Of a stretch of DNA of 64,000 bases, positions 41,803 to 53,980 are shown one piece after another. The first letter of the stretch is position 1; each line of letters opens with the position of its first letter. The position numbers and the translations under genes are program-made. Source of the DNA: Octopus vulgaris (Eukaryota); assembly GCA_951406725.2 (NCBI GenBank), contig OX597814.1:85064001-85128000 (forward strand), read 5' to 3'. The notes beneath the pieces are model-generated. The model had not been told where the DNA came from and made no database searches. It saw nothing but the letters and a program-made list of their open reading frames with translations.

Positions 41803-42054
41803 ATATTCAGTAACTGATAAGTTTAAAAAATACTGAAATCTCATACAAAAATTATATGCACTTTCGAATATTTTATATTTCTTGTCTCTTCCAGTCAATA
41901 TGAAAACAAAGTTCAATGCAGTTTCAAAGTTAATTTTTATGAAAATAAAACTTAAAACAGATAACACTAGTTTAAAAATAATAATTCATAGAGTAATTTT
42001 AAAAAGCTATTTTTAATGAGTAACATTCAGAAAAGATAAAACAAATATTCTTAC

Positions 42055-42078
42055 TGAACAGACATCTGTAAAATATAA
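42055..42078 (-). CDS. Candidate 24-nt microexon, (T)YILQMSV(H/Q)
   Basis: Minus strand ttaccttttcatttcag|TTATATTTTACAGATGTCTGTTCA|gtaagaa; frame-preserving and open in phase 2, the phase left by exon 63454-63513. Could be chance in AT-rich DNA. Confidence 0.3.
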
Positions 42079-42550
42079 CTGAAATGAAAAGGTAAATAAA
42101 AATTGGAGCTAATATTGTTACCGTTCTGTTTATCATCTACTGACATTCAACATTCTTATTTAATTTGTTGCTAGACAATTGAGTCAGTTAAAATTTCATG
42201 ATCTGAGGTATCCACTGTTAGCTGAAAGTCAGTCCAATTGATTTATATATATATATATAAGAAAATATGACCCAACATCATTATGTCTAAACCCATATGA
42301 GTTGAACTCAGTATGAAATTTCAGTGAAATAATCATCAATTTCACAGAATTATTGCTCCTTGCATTAGTAAACTACCTACACTACAATGTGATAACTATT
42401 TTCAGCCAGGTGAACTTGGATATTAAAAGTTAAGTATTTTGGCTATGAACACTGTACACTGTCAGTAGCAGAATATGAACTACAAATACTCAACTATTTG
42501 TAGTTCTTTCACAGGTGTGTGTGTGTGTGTGTACAGATACATATGTATGA

Positions 42551-42790
42551 GTGTACATAGCCTAGTGGTTAGGTTGATGCACTCACGATCTTCAGATCAT
42601 GGCTTCAATTCCCAGACCAAGTAGTGCATTGTGTTGCAGAGCAATACACTTCATTTTACACTGCTCCAGCCAACTCAGTTTTAAATAAGTATCCCTGCAA
42701 CAAAATGGCATCCTGTTCAGGGGGATATGTTGTGATTTCAGTCGATTATATGCCATAGAAATCGGGTAACCAGTTCTGTGAATCCTAGGA
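42551..42790 (+). mobile_element. tRNA-derived SINE related to family D
   Basis: TAGCCTAGTGG A box, GCTTCAATTCC B-box-like, and TTGTGTTGCAGAGCAATACACTTCATTTTAC shared with 62057-62090. Confidence 0.7.
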
Positions 42791-45700
42791 CTTAATAATA
42801 TAAAATATATAATATAATACAATATAATATGATATGATATAGCATAATATAATATGTACGTATCTATGCATGTTTGTCTAAAAGTAGGTATGTATTCTTT
42901 GAACACTTCTAGTTTAATAAGAATAAAAACAAAATTTTATCAATCACTATTTACTATTGAGTTCAGTATCTCAACAGAATAAATTAAGAATTAGGACAGT
43001 TAGGAGATTTCTCTCAGCAAATTTCCCTGGTATCTTGAAAACAGAAACTAAATATCTTATGTCCCATATCTGAATAACTGAAACAGAATAGCTACAAAGC
43101 TAATCAGGTACTCTCATTAACTGCCACTCCTTACATTTTATGTATGATCACATACTTAAGCTTGCAAATGGTGATCTCACAAGCTTATTTGGAATCAGAT
43201 ACTCAGGTTGGTGACAAAATAACACTCCATACATCTTATGTTCAATCAGACACTCTGGTTAGACCAAAAACTAACAATATTCCACACATTTTATATGACT
43301 TTTTAGGGACTTTTTATATGACTCTGCTTAAGTAGATCTAACTGAAGCTGCTTAATAACAATAACAAAAATAATAATAATCAAAAAATAAGTACAGAGAA
43401 AGAAATGCAACATTGTTACATTCGTACACTGTTCTAAAATTACTATCATTACAACACACTGGAAAAGGAAATCAAAACCATCTAGTATATTGTCATTGAA
43501 TAGTTTATATTATAGGTGTAAATACTAAAACCATAATAATCTACTATTCAAGAAAGACATTTATCTAGAAAAGTGACATGAAAAACAAAGGCTAAAAAGA
43601 GTCTTTAAGCAGTCACACAATCTGTTAAAAACAGTAGGCAATCATGCCCTAACAACTGAAGAAAATGCACATTAAATAATATAGTCTTATATTAAAGGTT
43701 TATATTAAATAGGTACACTATTCTGAAAACAACATGATCATAGCTGGTATCTTTTGATTACAATTAGCTCAGTTGGACCCAACTTGGAATAAATAAGATC
43801 AACACTAAAACACAAAACAGCACTTATCTAAAAATAAAAGGAACAAGGATATTTTTTGATAGTTAATTTATTTGATCAAATAGTATAACTGGTATTTTTT
43901 TTTCTTTATCACAGTTCTTGTAAATAACTGTATAACTATTTTCGTATTAGCACTGTGACATTACAGAAGACTACTAGACTATTAGATTTCATCGGTACTA
44001 CATTCATTCTCTAGACGCCTATATTAATTTCAGCTAAAGTTTGCAGGAGTAGAAAACAGCTTCTTCTAACAGAATATGAAGAAGACACTGTAAGTTCAAG
44101 AGATCTCAGCCATCACAAATAACCAGGCAGATAGGAAGAAGTATCATACAAAATTGCTAGTAAATGGCTCGCAAATCTATGTACCGACATCATTGTATTC
44201 ACTTCAGATAATATTAAATATGAGTGAAAGAGTTAGAACAGAATGGAAGAAAACATAGCCAAATGTATAGAGAATATTGATTATGGATATCACCTCCAAA
44301 ATGACCTTTAGAAAGTTTCTAATACAAGTAGATAGGAGGTTAGAGTAAGAGTTACAACAACAACAGAGTCAAAATAACAATATGACTTTATGCCACCATT
44401 TTCAAGAGAAGTTATTAGTTCAAATGGAGAACTTTATTAGGCTGTTAACCTTGTAATTTGAGTTTTGTTTATTAATTTAAGAAAAACATGTTTTGAATGA
44501 ACAAGTCCAAGGACAGGTAGCCACTTTTTTTGTAGGTTTTCCTTCATCCCTCCACCCACCAATCCTATGAAGCATTTATTTGTTTATCATGAATGGAGTC
44601 ACACCACTAAAATTTTTTTTTTTTAACAAACTTTGAATTTCATCAGTTTTCATTGGTTGGTAATTAAAGGAATCAGCTCTACCAAACCTTGGTTGAGAGA
44701 AAGCATGAGTGTTAGAGAGAAGAGGGAAAGAAAACTGTTCAAATTCACAGAATCAAACAAGAAAATTGTTTCAAAATTTTTATAAAAAATTATTATATTT
44801 ATCTTAAGAATTTTTATAAACTTCTGAGATAGTGTTAAGTAATACTTTTTTTTTTTTAGAAATAATGGTTTTTGAAACACATCATATACAGTTGTAAGGA
44901 ATAGTATATATAGCTGTATGTGATGTACTTTGAGAACCAGTATTCCAAAACAAATTATTGTATTTAAATAATCAGATGCTTTGTTATTGTTGATGCTGTT
45001 GTTGAAGCACATCATCCTTGATCAAGCAGATATCAAAAGACTTTCCAACCATATCCAAACAGTCTAATTTTCAGATAAACTGGACTTCATTACCCAAAGT
45101 CCCCTTATTAATTTAAGACATTCAGATTATTCTGTCAAATCTAATGCTTATTTATTCACATTGTTTTGGATTTATGATCTTTTAGCTTTGATATTTCGAT
45201 GAGGCGATTGTTTACGGGCCTGATGTGATTGGTTTAAATGCTAAAGGGTTAAGGGAGATTTGACCAATATTTCTATCAGGACAAGCCACTGTATAAAGGT
45301 TATGGCATATGCTATGTGCATCAGTTATATGTTCAGGCTAGCACTGAACATGCATAATCTTATTTTACCTACAATTGCAACACTCTAGTTATTTTGTCCT
45401 ATTTGTGTGTAATATAGTGGAGGGGAGTATAACAACCCTGCCAGAGCGTGCATGTGTGTATGTAGGGGGGGAGGGGGAGAGACAGACAGAGACAGAGAGA
45501 GAGCGAGAGAGGATGTACATATCATTTTACATCTACTTCCCATGCTGGTATAAATTGGACAGTTTGACAGGATCTGACAGGTTGGAGAGCTGGGTCATTC
45601 CAAAGTCTCAGTTTTGGCATTGTTATAGCTGGATGACTTCCCTAACACCAACCACTTGTGCATTTTACATGGCAACAGTGTGAGTAAATTTGTTATGTAT

Positions 45701-48700
45701 ATATGTATGTGCATGCATGTGTATATACGTAGGTGCATGTGTGCATGTACATGTGCTTGTGTGTTACAATAATGATAATAATCTGAAAGTGGCTTCAGAA
45801 AGAAAGATAGAACCGAATATATAGTTATATTTACTTTAATATAGTAGATAAATATTACAGTTTTGAAGTTGAAGCTTCATGCAGTTAGAGCAGTCTTCAG
45901 ATGGATTTTATTCAAGTGAAAGTTTTTCTCTTAAAAGAAAACTTTCAACAGAATTGCATTCATCTGAAGACTGACTGCACTATTAAACATGGAAATCATA
46001 GTCACGGAAAAGCAGCCATGTTAGTCTACTATTTGATAGTGGGGACTGAATATTTGATGACAAACAAAACTAAAAAAAAACAAAAACATTTCAACTGGAG
46101 TATTTTGACTTTTTGACTGATTGTATCTAGCTGGCTATATCCATACAGAGGTGCCAGATAAAAAAAAGAAATAGAAATCACAAAATCAACAATCTAAAAA
46201 ACATTCCTACCAGTTTCCTTTTTTTTTTTTTATATTCCTTAGAGACAATATACTCCTCAATGCAATATAACCCCAATCCTACAGGCATGCTGTTTGACTT
46301 CTCCCTACAACTATTCTAATGCAACTATAACAATCTCTCCCTTTCTGAGCTAGCTAATTGCAAACCATTTCCTTGAGCCACTTCTCCTCTTCACACTCAG
46401 AAGGTCAACAATGACTGCAAAGACAACCTGTTAAAGATCACATGAATCAAGGTAGCAACAGAATATCTTTGCTAAAGAACCAACATCTAATATGAATGAG
46501 TGTCTCTCAAAATTCATATAAAATAAAGACAAGTAGTTTTGCTTGTGCTAAGCATCACATTAACTCATTTCTTCGGTAACAAATAAACAGAGATTTTAAA
46601 AAAGGTGAGTTAGTTCTAAACATTAAGATACTGTAATTAATGTATAGTACACACAGTTACATGTTTGTACTACAACTGAAGAAAGAATTAAAAAAAAAAA
46701 AAGAACAAAACCTACATACGAGACATTAGAATGATATTTTCTTTCAGTTTAAATGTGATTAATAGAAAAGGTGTCATAAAACCAGGTGGTAAGGTGCAAA
46801 TAGTTGTCAAAAGTAAATACAGATGTACAATAAAATCAAGTTTAAAAGGGAGATTAAATATAAATGTATTAGTATGTTTCAATATATAAACAAGTAGCCA
46901 TGATAAACAACTTTCTTGATTAAATTGTTAATTTACTCAAGCAATTACTTAAACAAAAGGAAGTGTGACAGATTATAAAAGAGCCGAATAAAAATTACTA
47001 AACCTAAACAAATTAAACATTAACGTACCTATAGATTCATTTAATTGCTCTAATCTACTCCACCAAATCCCATTCAATCTTCCTTAATCTCCACATAAAA
47101 TCCTACACAATTGTAATTCATAAAAGAAAAAATTAGGTGAAGCACTAATCTATAAGAAAGGCCTAACAGTTTCATAAGATTTGAGAAAGTAAGTGGTCAT
47201 TAGATAAGTGCAGTGATAAAGATATTTGATACAAAGTGATATCACACAGGCTGAAAAAAGTTCTTAGCTGATAGCAGTGACTATCCTTGTAGAAGTTCAC
47301 AGACCTGCCAGTCCTTCTTTCTGCCTATTCTACAGCTTTAAAATAGATTCCATTCCACTGAACTTGGCTAGCAGTAAATCACATCTGCTTCAACCCACTT
47401 GTGTTTCTTTCATCATTTCTATTGTGTTTCATCCACATTACTCTGAATTAAACAGGCATGGTTGTGTGGTTAAGAAGTTTGTTTTCCAACCATGTAGTTT
47501 CATATTCAGTCTCATTACATGACCCTTTGGACAAGTGTCTTATTCTATAGCCACATCATTATCATCAACATTTAATATCCATTTTCCATGCTGGATTGGG
47601 TTGGACAGCTTGACAGGAACTGGCAAGGCCAGAGACCACACCAGGTTTCATAGCCGGTTTTGGTTTGGTTTCTACAGCTGGACGCCTTTCCTAATGCCAA
47701 CCACTCTACATAGAGTACTGGGTGCTTTTTACATGGCACCAGCACCCACACCAATGCCTTTTATGTGCAAAAGCCTTATGAGTAGATCTCGTTGACAGAA
47801 ACTGAAAGAGGCCATCATATAAGTGTATATGTTTGGGTTTTCATGTGTGCATGTGTCTGCATCCTTGTCATGATATTGCATGATAGTTATAAACAAGCAT
47901 CACCATCATACAAATGGTGTTGTTTATTTCCAATCTTCTATAAAAATATGTCCAGTCATAAGGGCATATTGCCTTGCTTGGAAACAAACGAAGATTAGTG
48001 ACAAGAAGGGTATCCATCTGCCACAATGAATTGTGTCCCACCCATGCAAATATGGAAAAGTGGACATTAAAATAATGATGCTTCCTAACCAATATGACAT
48101 TCGCTCTTTTTCTCATACTGTACTTTCAGACATTAACTACTAAAGTTCAAGTTGAATGTCAAACACTTCAATCTCACAATCATGAGTGACAGTCTTTGAT
48201 TAAGTTTATTAATTAAAAAATTTAATAGTCACAGTGGAACGAATAATGGTTTCAAATCTGGCACATTTTAGTAGGAAGACCTTAATCAATTACATTGACC
48301 CCAGTGCTCAATGGGTACTTATTTTATCAACCCCAAAAAGATGAAAAGTAAAATCAAGTGGCATTTGAACTCAGATCACAATGGACTGAAAAAAACATTG
48401 CTAAGCATTCTGTCCGGCATGGTAACAATTCAGCCTTGCATAAAACTAATAATACAAACATTACAATACTACACAATGGTAGATACTTTTTCATAGTTCA
48501 CAGTGCCAGGTTCAAATCCATGGCCTGTACAGTAAGTATCAGCAGGACATGGAAGTCTGGTTCATCTGTTATGATGCTGCTCAACAGAAAGGGAACAATG
48601 TGCCTGTATGACATTAACTAGCCCTACAATGACAAAAGATGTCATCTGTAACAAGGTTACCAAAGTTCAATAATGTTTAAACAAATAGGAGAGTAATATG

Positions 48701-48736
48701 CAGGAAGAAATAATCAAGAACCATAGTAAGTTGCTG

Positions 48737-49235
48737 CTACCACAAGGGTCAGTCCTTAATGTGCTGTGGTGGTTTGTGTGCCTCAATGACCCTGTGAACT
48801 ATACCAGCACAATGCAAGCTCCTGATAGGGCTTCTCATGTTGGAGAGGTCAAAAGATAGAGGTCAGACCAATATGGACCACCTCTTCTAAAAGGTAAAAA
48901 TGAGTTTGCATAAGGCTAGCACTCCTACCAGAGAAAAATAAAAATCAAAGTTACATCAATTCAAAATTGGCAACACATGAGAGAAGAAGGCTCTCCCTCA
49001 GAAAAACATACGATGTGATAAACCAATGCCCTGCATTACACACCAGGCCATAACCTGGATCTCACAAGAGAGGATGCCCTAAAAATAGCTGGAGGCAAGA
49101 TTCTGAGGCAGAACTGGAAAAAAGCAGGAACCCAACTGGGAGAGAAGAAGAAAAGACAGCTCAGAGTTAAGAACAATGATGAAAAGTTGTCAATGGCCTA
49201 TGCTCCATAGATGCAAAGGGCCTAAGTAAGTAAGT
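48737..49235 (+). mobile_element. Bipartite non-autonomous RTE element (RTE 5'UTR plus RTE 3' end, no tRNA head)
   Basis: TSD ATAGTAAG(T)TGCTG at 48723-48736 and 49236-49248; RTE-like 5'UTR; 3' part translates to KPMPCITHQAITW (RTE C-terminal KP...ITRQALTW motif); (TAAG)n tail. Confidence 0.8.
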
Positions 49236-49895
49236 ATAGTAAGTGCTGGACCTTAAAACGTTTAATTTCATCCCGCCACGTTCTGAGTTCAAATCTTATT
49301 ATAATTAATTTTTACCATTTATACCAGTGGATTCAATAAAATGAGAATAAATAAAATACTATGAACAATTCAATCAATTATACTTTTCTCTTTTGAATAT
49401 CAGTTTTGCATCTTGTCAAAAGAAATCAATAATGTTCAAGTAGATAACTCTTTCACATCTCTTACAAAGCTTCTATGTTAAACCATACACTTTATTGCAA
49501 GTCTAATTCATCTATAAACTTTCAATAAACAAAACAAAAAAATTACTTGAAATATAGAACATATGACATACAAACAAGTTAAGAGAAAATATATATCTTA
49601 ATCATTCAATCGTTAATAAAGAATAGAAAGTAAACTTATCTTTTAAAAACAGATTGATAAATAACATGCTAACAAATACAACTATACAAAGCAGCTTTCA
49701 AATCAATGTTTTTCCACCTTTATAAGATAACTAAATTTAGAATTAATCTCATTTATCCAACATCCTGGATATATATATCCAAAAGCAGCTTTCTACAGGC
49801 AGACAGATTTTACACTAGATCACACGTTTTATTTATGTTGTAATTAATAAAGACCATGAAATGTGAAGATGACTACATCAAACAAAAAATAACAT

Positions 49896-50600
49896 ATCTT
49901 TTATCTTTTATTTGTTGCAGTCACTAGACTGCAGCCATGCTGGGGTACTGCTTTGAAGACTTTTAGTCAAATGAATCAACCCTAGTACTTTTTCTTAAAA
50001 CTTGGTACCTATGCTATTAGTCCCTTATACCAAACAATGAAGTTACAAAGATGTAAACAAAACAACACCAACTGTCAAGTGGTAGTGTGGGGCAAACATA
50101 TAAACATATGCAATACTAAGGAAGACCCATACTCCACAGCAGAAGTGTGAAGACCAGTCCGTCTGCTAATGAAAAGCACTCGTGGCAGTGCCACATAAAA
50201 GTGCTCATGTGGCACCACATAAAAGCACCCATGCAATGCCATGTAAAAGTTCTCATGTGGTGCCACCTAAAAGCAGCCAACACATTCTGTAAAGTAGTTG
50301 ACATCCAGCTGTAGAAACCATGCCAAATCAGACTGGAGTCTGGTGCAGCCCACAAGCTTGCCAGCTCTGGCCAAACCACCTAATTCATGCTAGCATGGAC
50401 AACAGACATCAAATGATGATGATGATGATGCATACACACACACAATGAGCTTCTTTCAGTTTCCATCCACCAAATCTACTCACTCATCTTTTGTCAGCTC
50501 AGGGCTACAGTAGGAGACACTTGCCCAAAGTGCCATGCAGAGGTATTGAACTCGGAACCATGTGGTTGGAAGCAAATTTCCTACCCAACAGCTTTGCCTT
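49896..50600 (-). mobile_element. SINE A (minus) with nested SINE C (plus, about 50140-50430) carrying four 21-bp internal repeats
   Basis: GTGCCAC(A/G)TAAAAG-type units at about 50180-50275; (GAT)n tail at about 50414-50430. Confidence 0.8.
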
Positions 50601-51639
50601 TAAAAATATGTGCATACTATGTGCTTGCATGTGTATGTGTGTGCACATACATATACACATGCATGTCTATTGTAAAATGAGGAAGAGAACAGCTGCTGAT
50701 GAGGACAGCAATGATAATGACAGTGGTGACAATGATGATGGTGCTTTTACAGAATACACCCCACCACACACACACAATCCTGCTGCAGGTAATATTTCAA
50801 TGATACTCTTGAGAAAAATAATATGGAAAATACCCCATAATACATGTCGATTTCATAACTTAAATCCTATTAATACTTCCTTAATGAGACTATATCACAT
50901 GTCAGTATGTGATCTATCAAAACAAAAGTATCGCCATTGAAAATATTGCAACCTTTATTAGGAATAGATCATATCCTGTAATATAAACCTAACTTTGCTG
51001 GACCACTTGCTCCAAATATTGATTTAGTGGTTGGGTATTAAATATCAATATAATTTCAAGGATTTTCTATCATTCATACTGTTTACTAACAATTTAAAAA
51101 GCATTAATTGTGAAACCTTTCAAGCAAATTCACTGTAAAAGCCAGCTATTTAGCATTGTAAAGAAGTTTATTCCTAAACAGCTTTCAACATCTAATTATT
51201 GTTACATGTTCAAATCTTTGAATGAAAATGATGGGGAAGGGAGCAAAGGAAGACAATACAGTGAAGCTCATAATGCAACACATAAAGGATTTGAACAAGA
51301 TAATCCCATCTTAATCTTTTTTAAGCCAGTTAAGCATAATAGCCCCATCTTTATCATCATCATTATACTGTCCCTTGCGCCATTCTATCCTTTTGCTTCT
51401 CTTGCATGGCTATAAGACCCAATTTGAAGCCTGGAAATCTTAGAAAGAGAATTGGTAAGCAGCTTGCAGTAGGGTCACTTGGAATCACTAAGTTGGATGC
51501 CATAACTACAAGGATTTTCTATTTCTATCTTTATCTTGAATGGTAGACTTAGTCCCTCATCCATTTTAATACTATCATCTGGCTTTTAAGTGCCTTTAGT
51601 AAAGTCCACGTGTGTTTCAAGTCTTTCCTACTTTCATTT

Positions 51640-51947
51640 TAAGCCTGGTACTTACTCAAGCAGTCCTTTTTGCTGAACCGTTAAGTTGTGGGGACATAAA
51701 CAAACCAACATTGGTTGTAAAGTAGTGTAGGAGAAAACAAACAAATACACACATAGCTACATATATACACATACATATATACCTATATGACAGGCTTCTT
51801 TCAGTTTCTGCCAACAAAATCCACTCAGAGATTTGGTCAGCCTAGGCTATAGTAGAAGATACTTGCCTAAAGTGCCATGCAGTGAGACTGAACCCAGAAT
51901 CATGTGGTTAGAAAAGAAATATCTTACCACACAGCCATGCCTGCACC
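51640..51947 (-). mobile_element. SINE family A (A1)
   Basis: Reverse complement of the family A head and body. Confidence 0.85.
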
Positions 51948-52345
51948 TTAGTAATATATAGAGAGGTGACCATTATGTGGACCATCAACTAGCCTAAGTT
52001 TAATGATATTGTCATTCACCTTGACTAACTTAATTGCTATCTATTTCTCAGTCAAATGAAATATATATATATATATAATACCTAATTATTATCTAAAAAG
52101 AGCCTATTTCTGTGTTCCTTCCCTGTAACCAGTATGGTTAGTACAACACACCATCACTCCACTTCTTGTCTATATTACACATTTAGGCCACCTGTACTCT
52201 AACATTTCTTTGACAACTTGAGCTTTACAACTACTTCCCATTGTACTAACATCACAAGTAGTTGACCTGCAACAAATTTTCAAAAACAAAAAAAAATACT
52301 AATAATGTAGTAAATCACAAAGAATTTTTTAAAGAAGCACGGATT

Positions 52346-52395
52346 TTTGTCAGTGAACAGGTTGCGGATTTTAGCGACGAAAATATTTTGACAAA
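52346..52395 (+). ncRNA. Minimal type I hammerhead ribozyme motif with G3:C8 core variant
   Basis: Stem I TTTGTCA/TGACAAA (7 bp); core GTGAACA+G; stem II GTTGC/GCGAC; GAAA 52379-52382; palindromic stem III AATATT; UUU cleavage triplet. Confidence 0.7.
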
Positions 52396-52995
52396 TTAAA
52401 CTTAAATGTTGAAGTGAATCGAACGGCTTTTGTGTGTTTCTTAAATGGCTTATAAACACCTTCCACGCTGCAATTGTTTTTGAAAAAATAGAATATCATT
52501 TAAAAAAAAAAGAATACTAACAGATCATCCTTAATATTTCATCACTGCTTTTGATTGTGTTTTTTTCTTTTTGCTACCTAAATCTAGTTCTAAAGTGATT
52601 GCGACATAATATTTCTTTTAAAACTTACCTAAAGTGGCTGATATAGTTCAGCAGATAACCTTTATTCTGACAGGCAATCGCAATTTACAAGTTGCTGTTA
52701 TTGATTTTGACTAATTTAAGTCATAAAAATTTGGGGGATACATCTAAAATGCTTCAAAAGGTGACATATATTATCAGCAACAGTTTTTGAAATTCTGTTT
52801 CTCTTTCTTTTTCTCTTTTTTTTTATGAAAGATCACACAGGTGAGATTGAGTTTTTATTTCTCTATTTATTTTAACAAATCTCTGCAATATGTTTTTATT
52901 TGAAAATTCACAGTATTCCCACTTCTAATTCCATTTTTGCTTTGATGCAATTATATTTACATTTTTCCCCCCACCTCCAAACTAAAGGTCCTTAA

Positions 52996-53219
52996 CCTTT
53001 TTGATACCAACTCATCTGAGACCAGCTCTGATTCTAGGATACAAAAACATCCCGTTTTAAAATTATCTAAATTAAAACCTTCCATCAATATTTCATGTTA
53101 GTTTATGTTTCAAACACCAGTTTTAATAACAACAAAGTTATTTTACTAAATTCTGCATTATTTTCAAAATTAAATGAAATAAAAGCAGAATTATTTTAAC
53201 AGAAATATTGTAACAAGAG
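52996..53219 (+). mobile_element. piggyBac-type TTAA MITE, family 1 variant
   Basis: TTAA at 52992-52995 and 53220-53223; termini CCTTTTTGATAC / GTAACAAGAG. Confidence 0.8.
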
Positions 53220-53400
53220 TTAAAATCATTACAAATGCCAGTTCTCCTGATCTCTGAATATCTTTCACAGCAAGGTCACACGCCGCCAGGTTTGTGTCCC
53301 CAAAATTAGGTTCCGTCTTCAGGAGCACAAATTACCTGAGCTCTCATTAGTTGAGGATTCTCTGCAAAGCTCAAGTGATTAGATTATTACTACACAATGT

Positions 53401-53604
53401 AGGTACAGGCATGGCTCTTTGGTTAAGAAGTTTGCTTTCCAACCACATGGTTTTGGGTTCTATCCCACAGCATGGTACTCGGGCAAGTATCTTTAATTAT
53501 AGCTCCAGGTCAACCAAGACCAAAGTCTTGTACTAACCCGACTGGTCACAGGGAAGGATCAACAAAATAGTTTTTTTTTATAAGTAGATGACAATTAGGT
53601 ATTA

Positions 53605-53644
<40 letters not shown>

Positions 53645-53980
53645 TTTACTTTTGACTGAGAAGTAGATAGCAATTGAGTTAGTCAAGGTGAATGACATCA
53701 TTAAGTCAAAACCCTGTGAGTGGATTTGATAGATGGAAGCTGAAAGAAGCCCAGTGTGTGTGTGTCTTCTTGTCTTAAAAATTGAGTAACATTGGAAATG
53801 AAAGCCATTCATTTTCAATAATCTGTGAAAACGTGCCTTGCTTGGAAATTACCTTCCTTGGAGAGACAAGGATTGGCAACAGGAAGGGCATCCAACCATA
53901 GAAAATCTGCCTCAATAAACTCCAACCAACCCATGCAAGCAGGGAAAAGTGAACATTAAAATGATGATGATGATGATGAT
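53401..53980 (+). mobile_element. SINE family A (A2) interrupted by an inverted copy of nearby DNA
   Basis: Head 53401-53527, foreign insert 53528-53704, SINE resumes with GTGAGTGGATTTG and ends in (GAT)n. Confidence 0.85.

Noticed and set aside
50075-50379. ORFs with repeated FYVALH/FMWH units and spaced 21-bp repeats, superficially CRISPR-like
   Set aside because: Contiguous tandem units inside SINE family C; no unique spacers, eukaryotic context, no cas genes.
50491-50940. 149-aa ORF (also 54987-55436, 11809-12213 and 30842-31222)
   Set aside because: Built from SINE pieces and microsatellites or low-complexity tracts; no domain-like sequence.
52629-52666. Minus-strand exon candidate NKGYLLNYISHF with AG|GTAAGT donor
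   Set aside because: Good donor but poor polypyrimidine tract, and there is a stop in the phase required by the upstream start exon.
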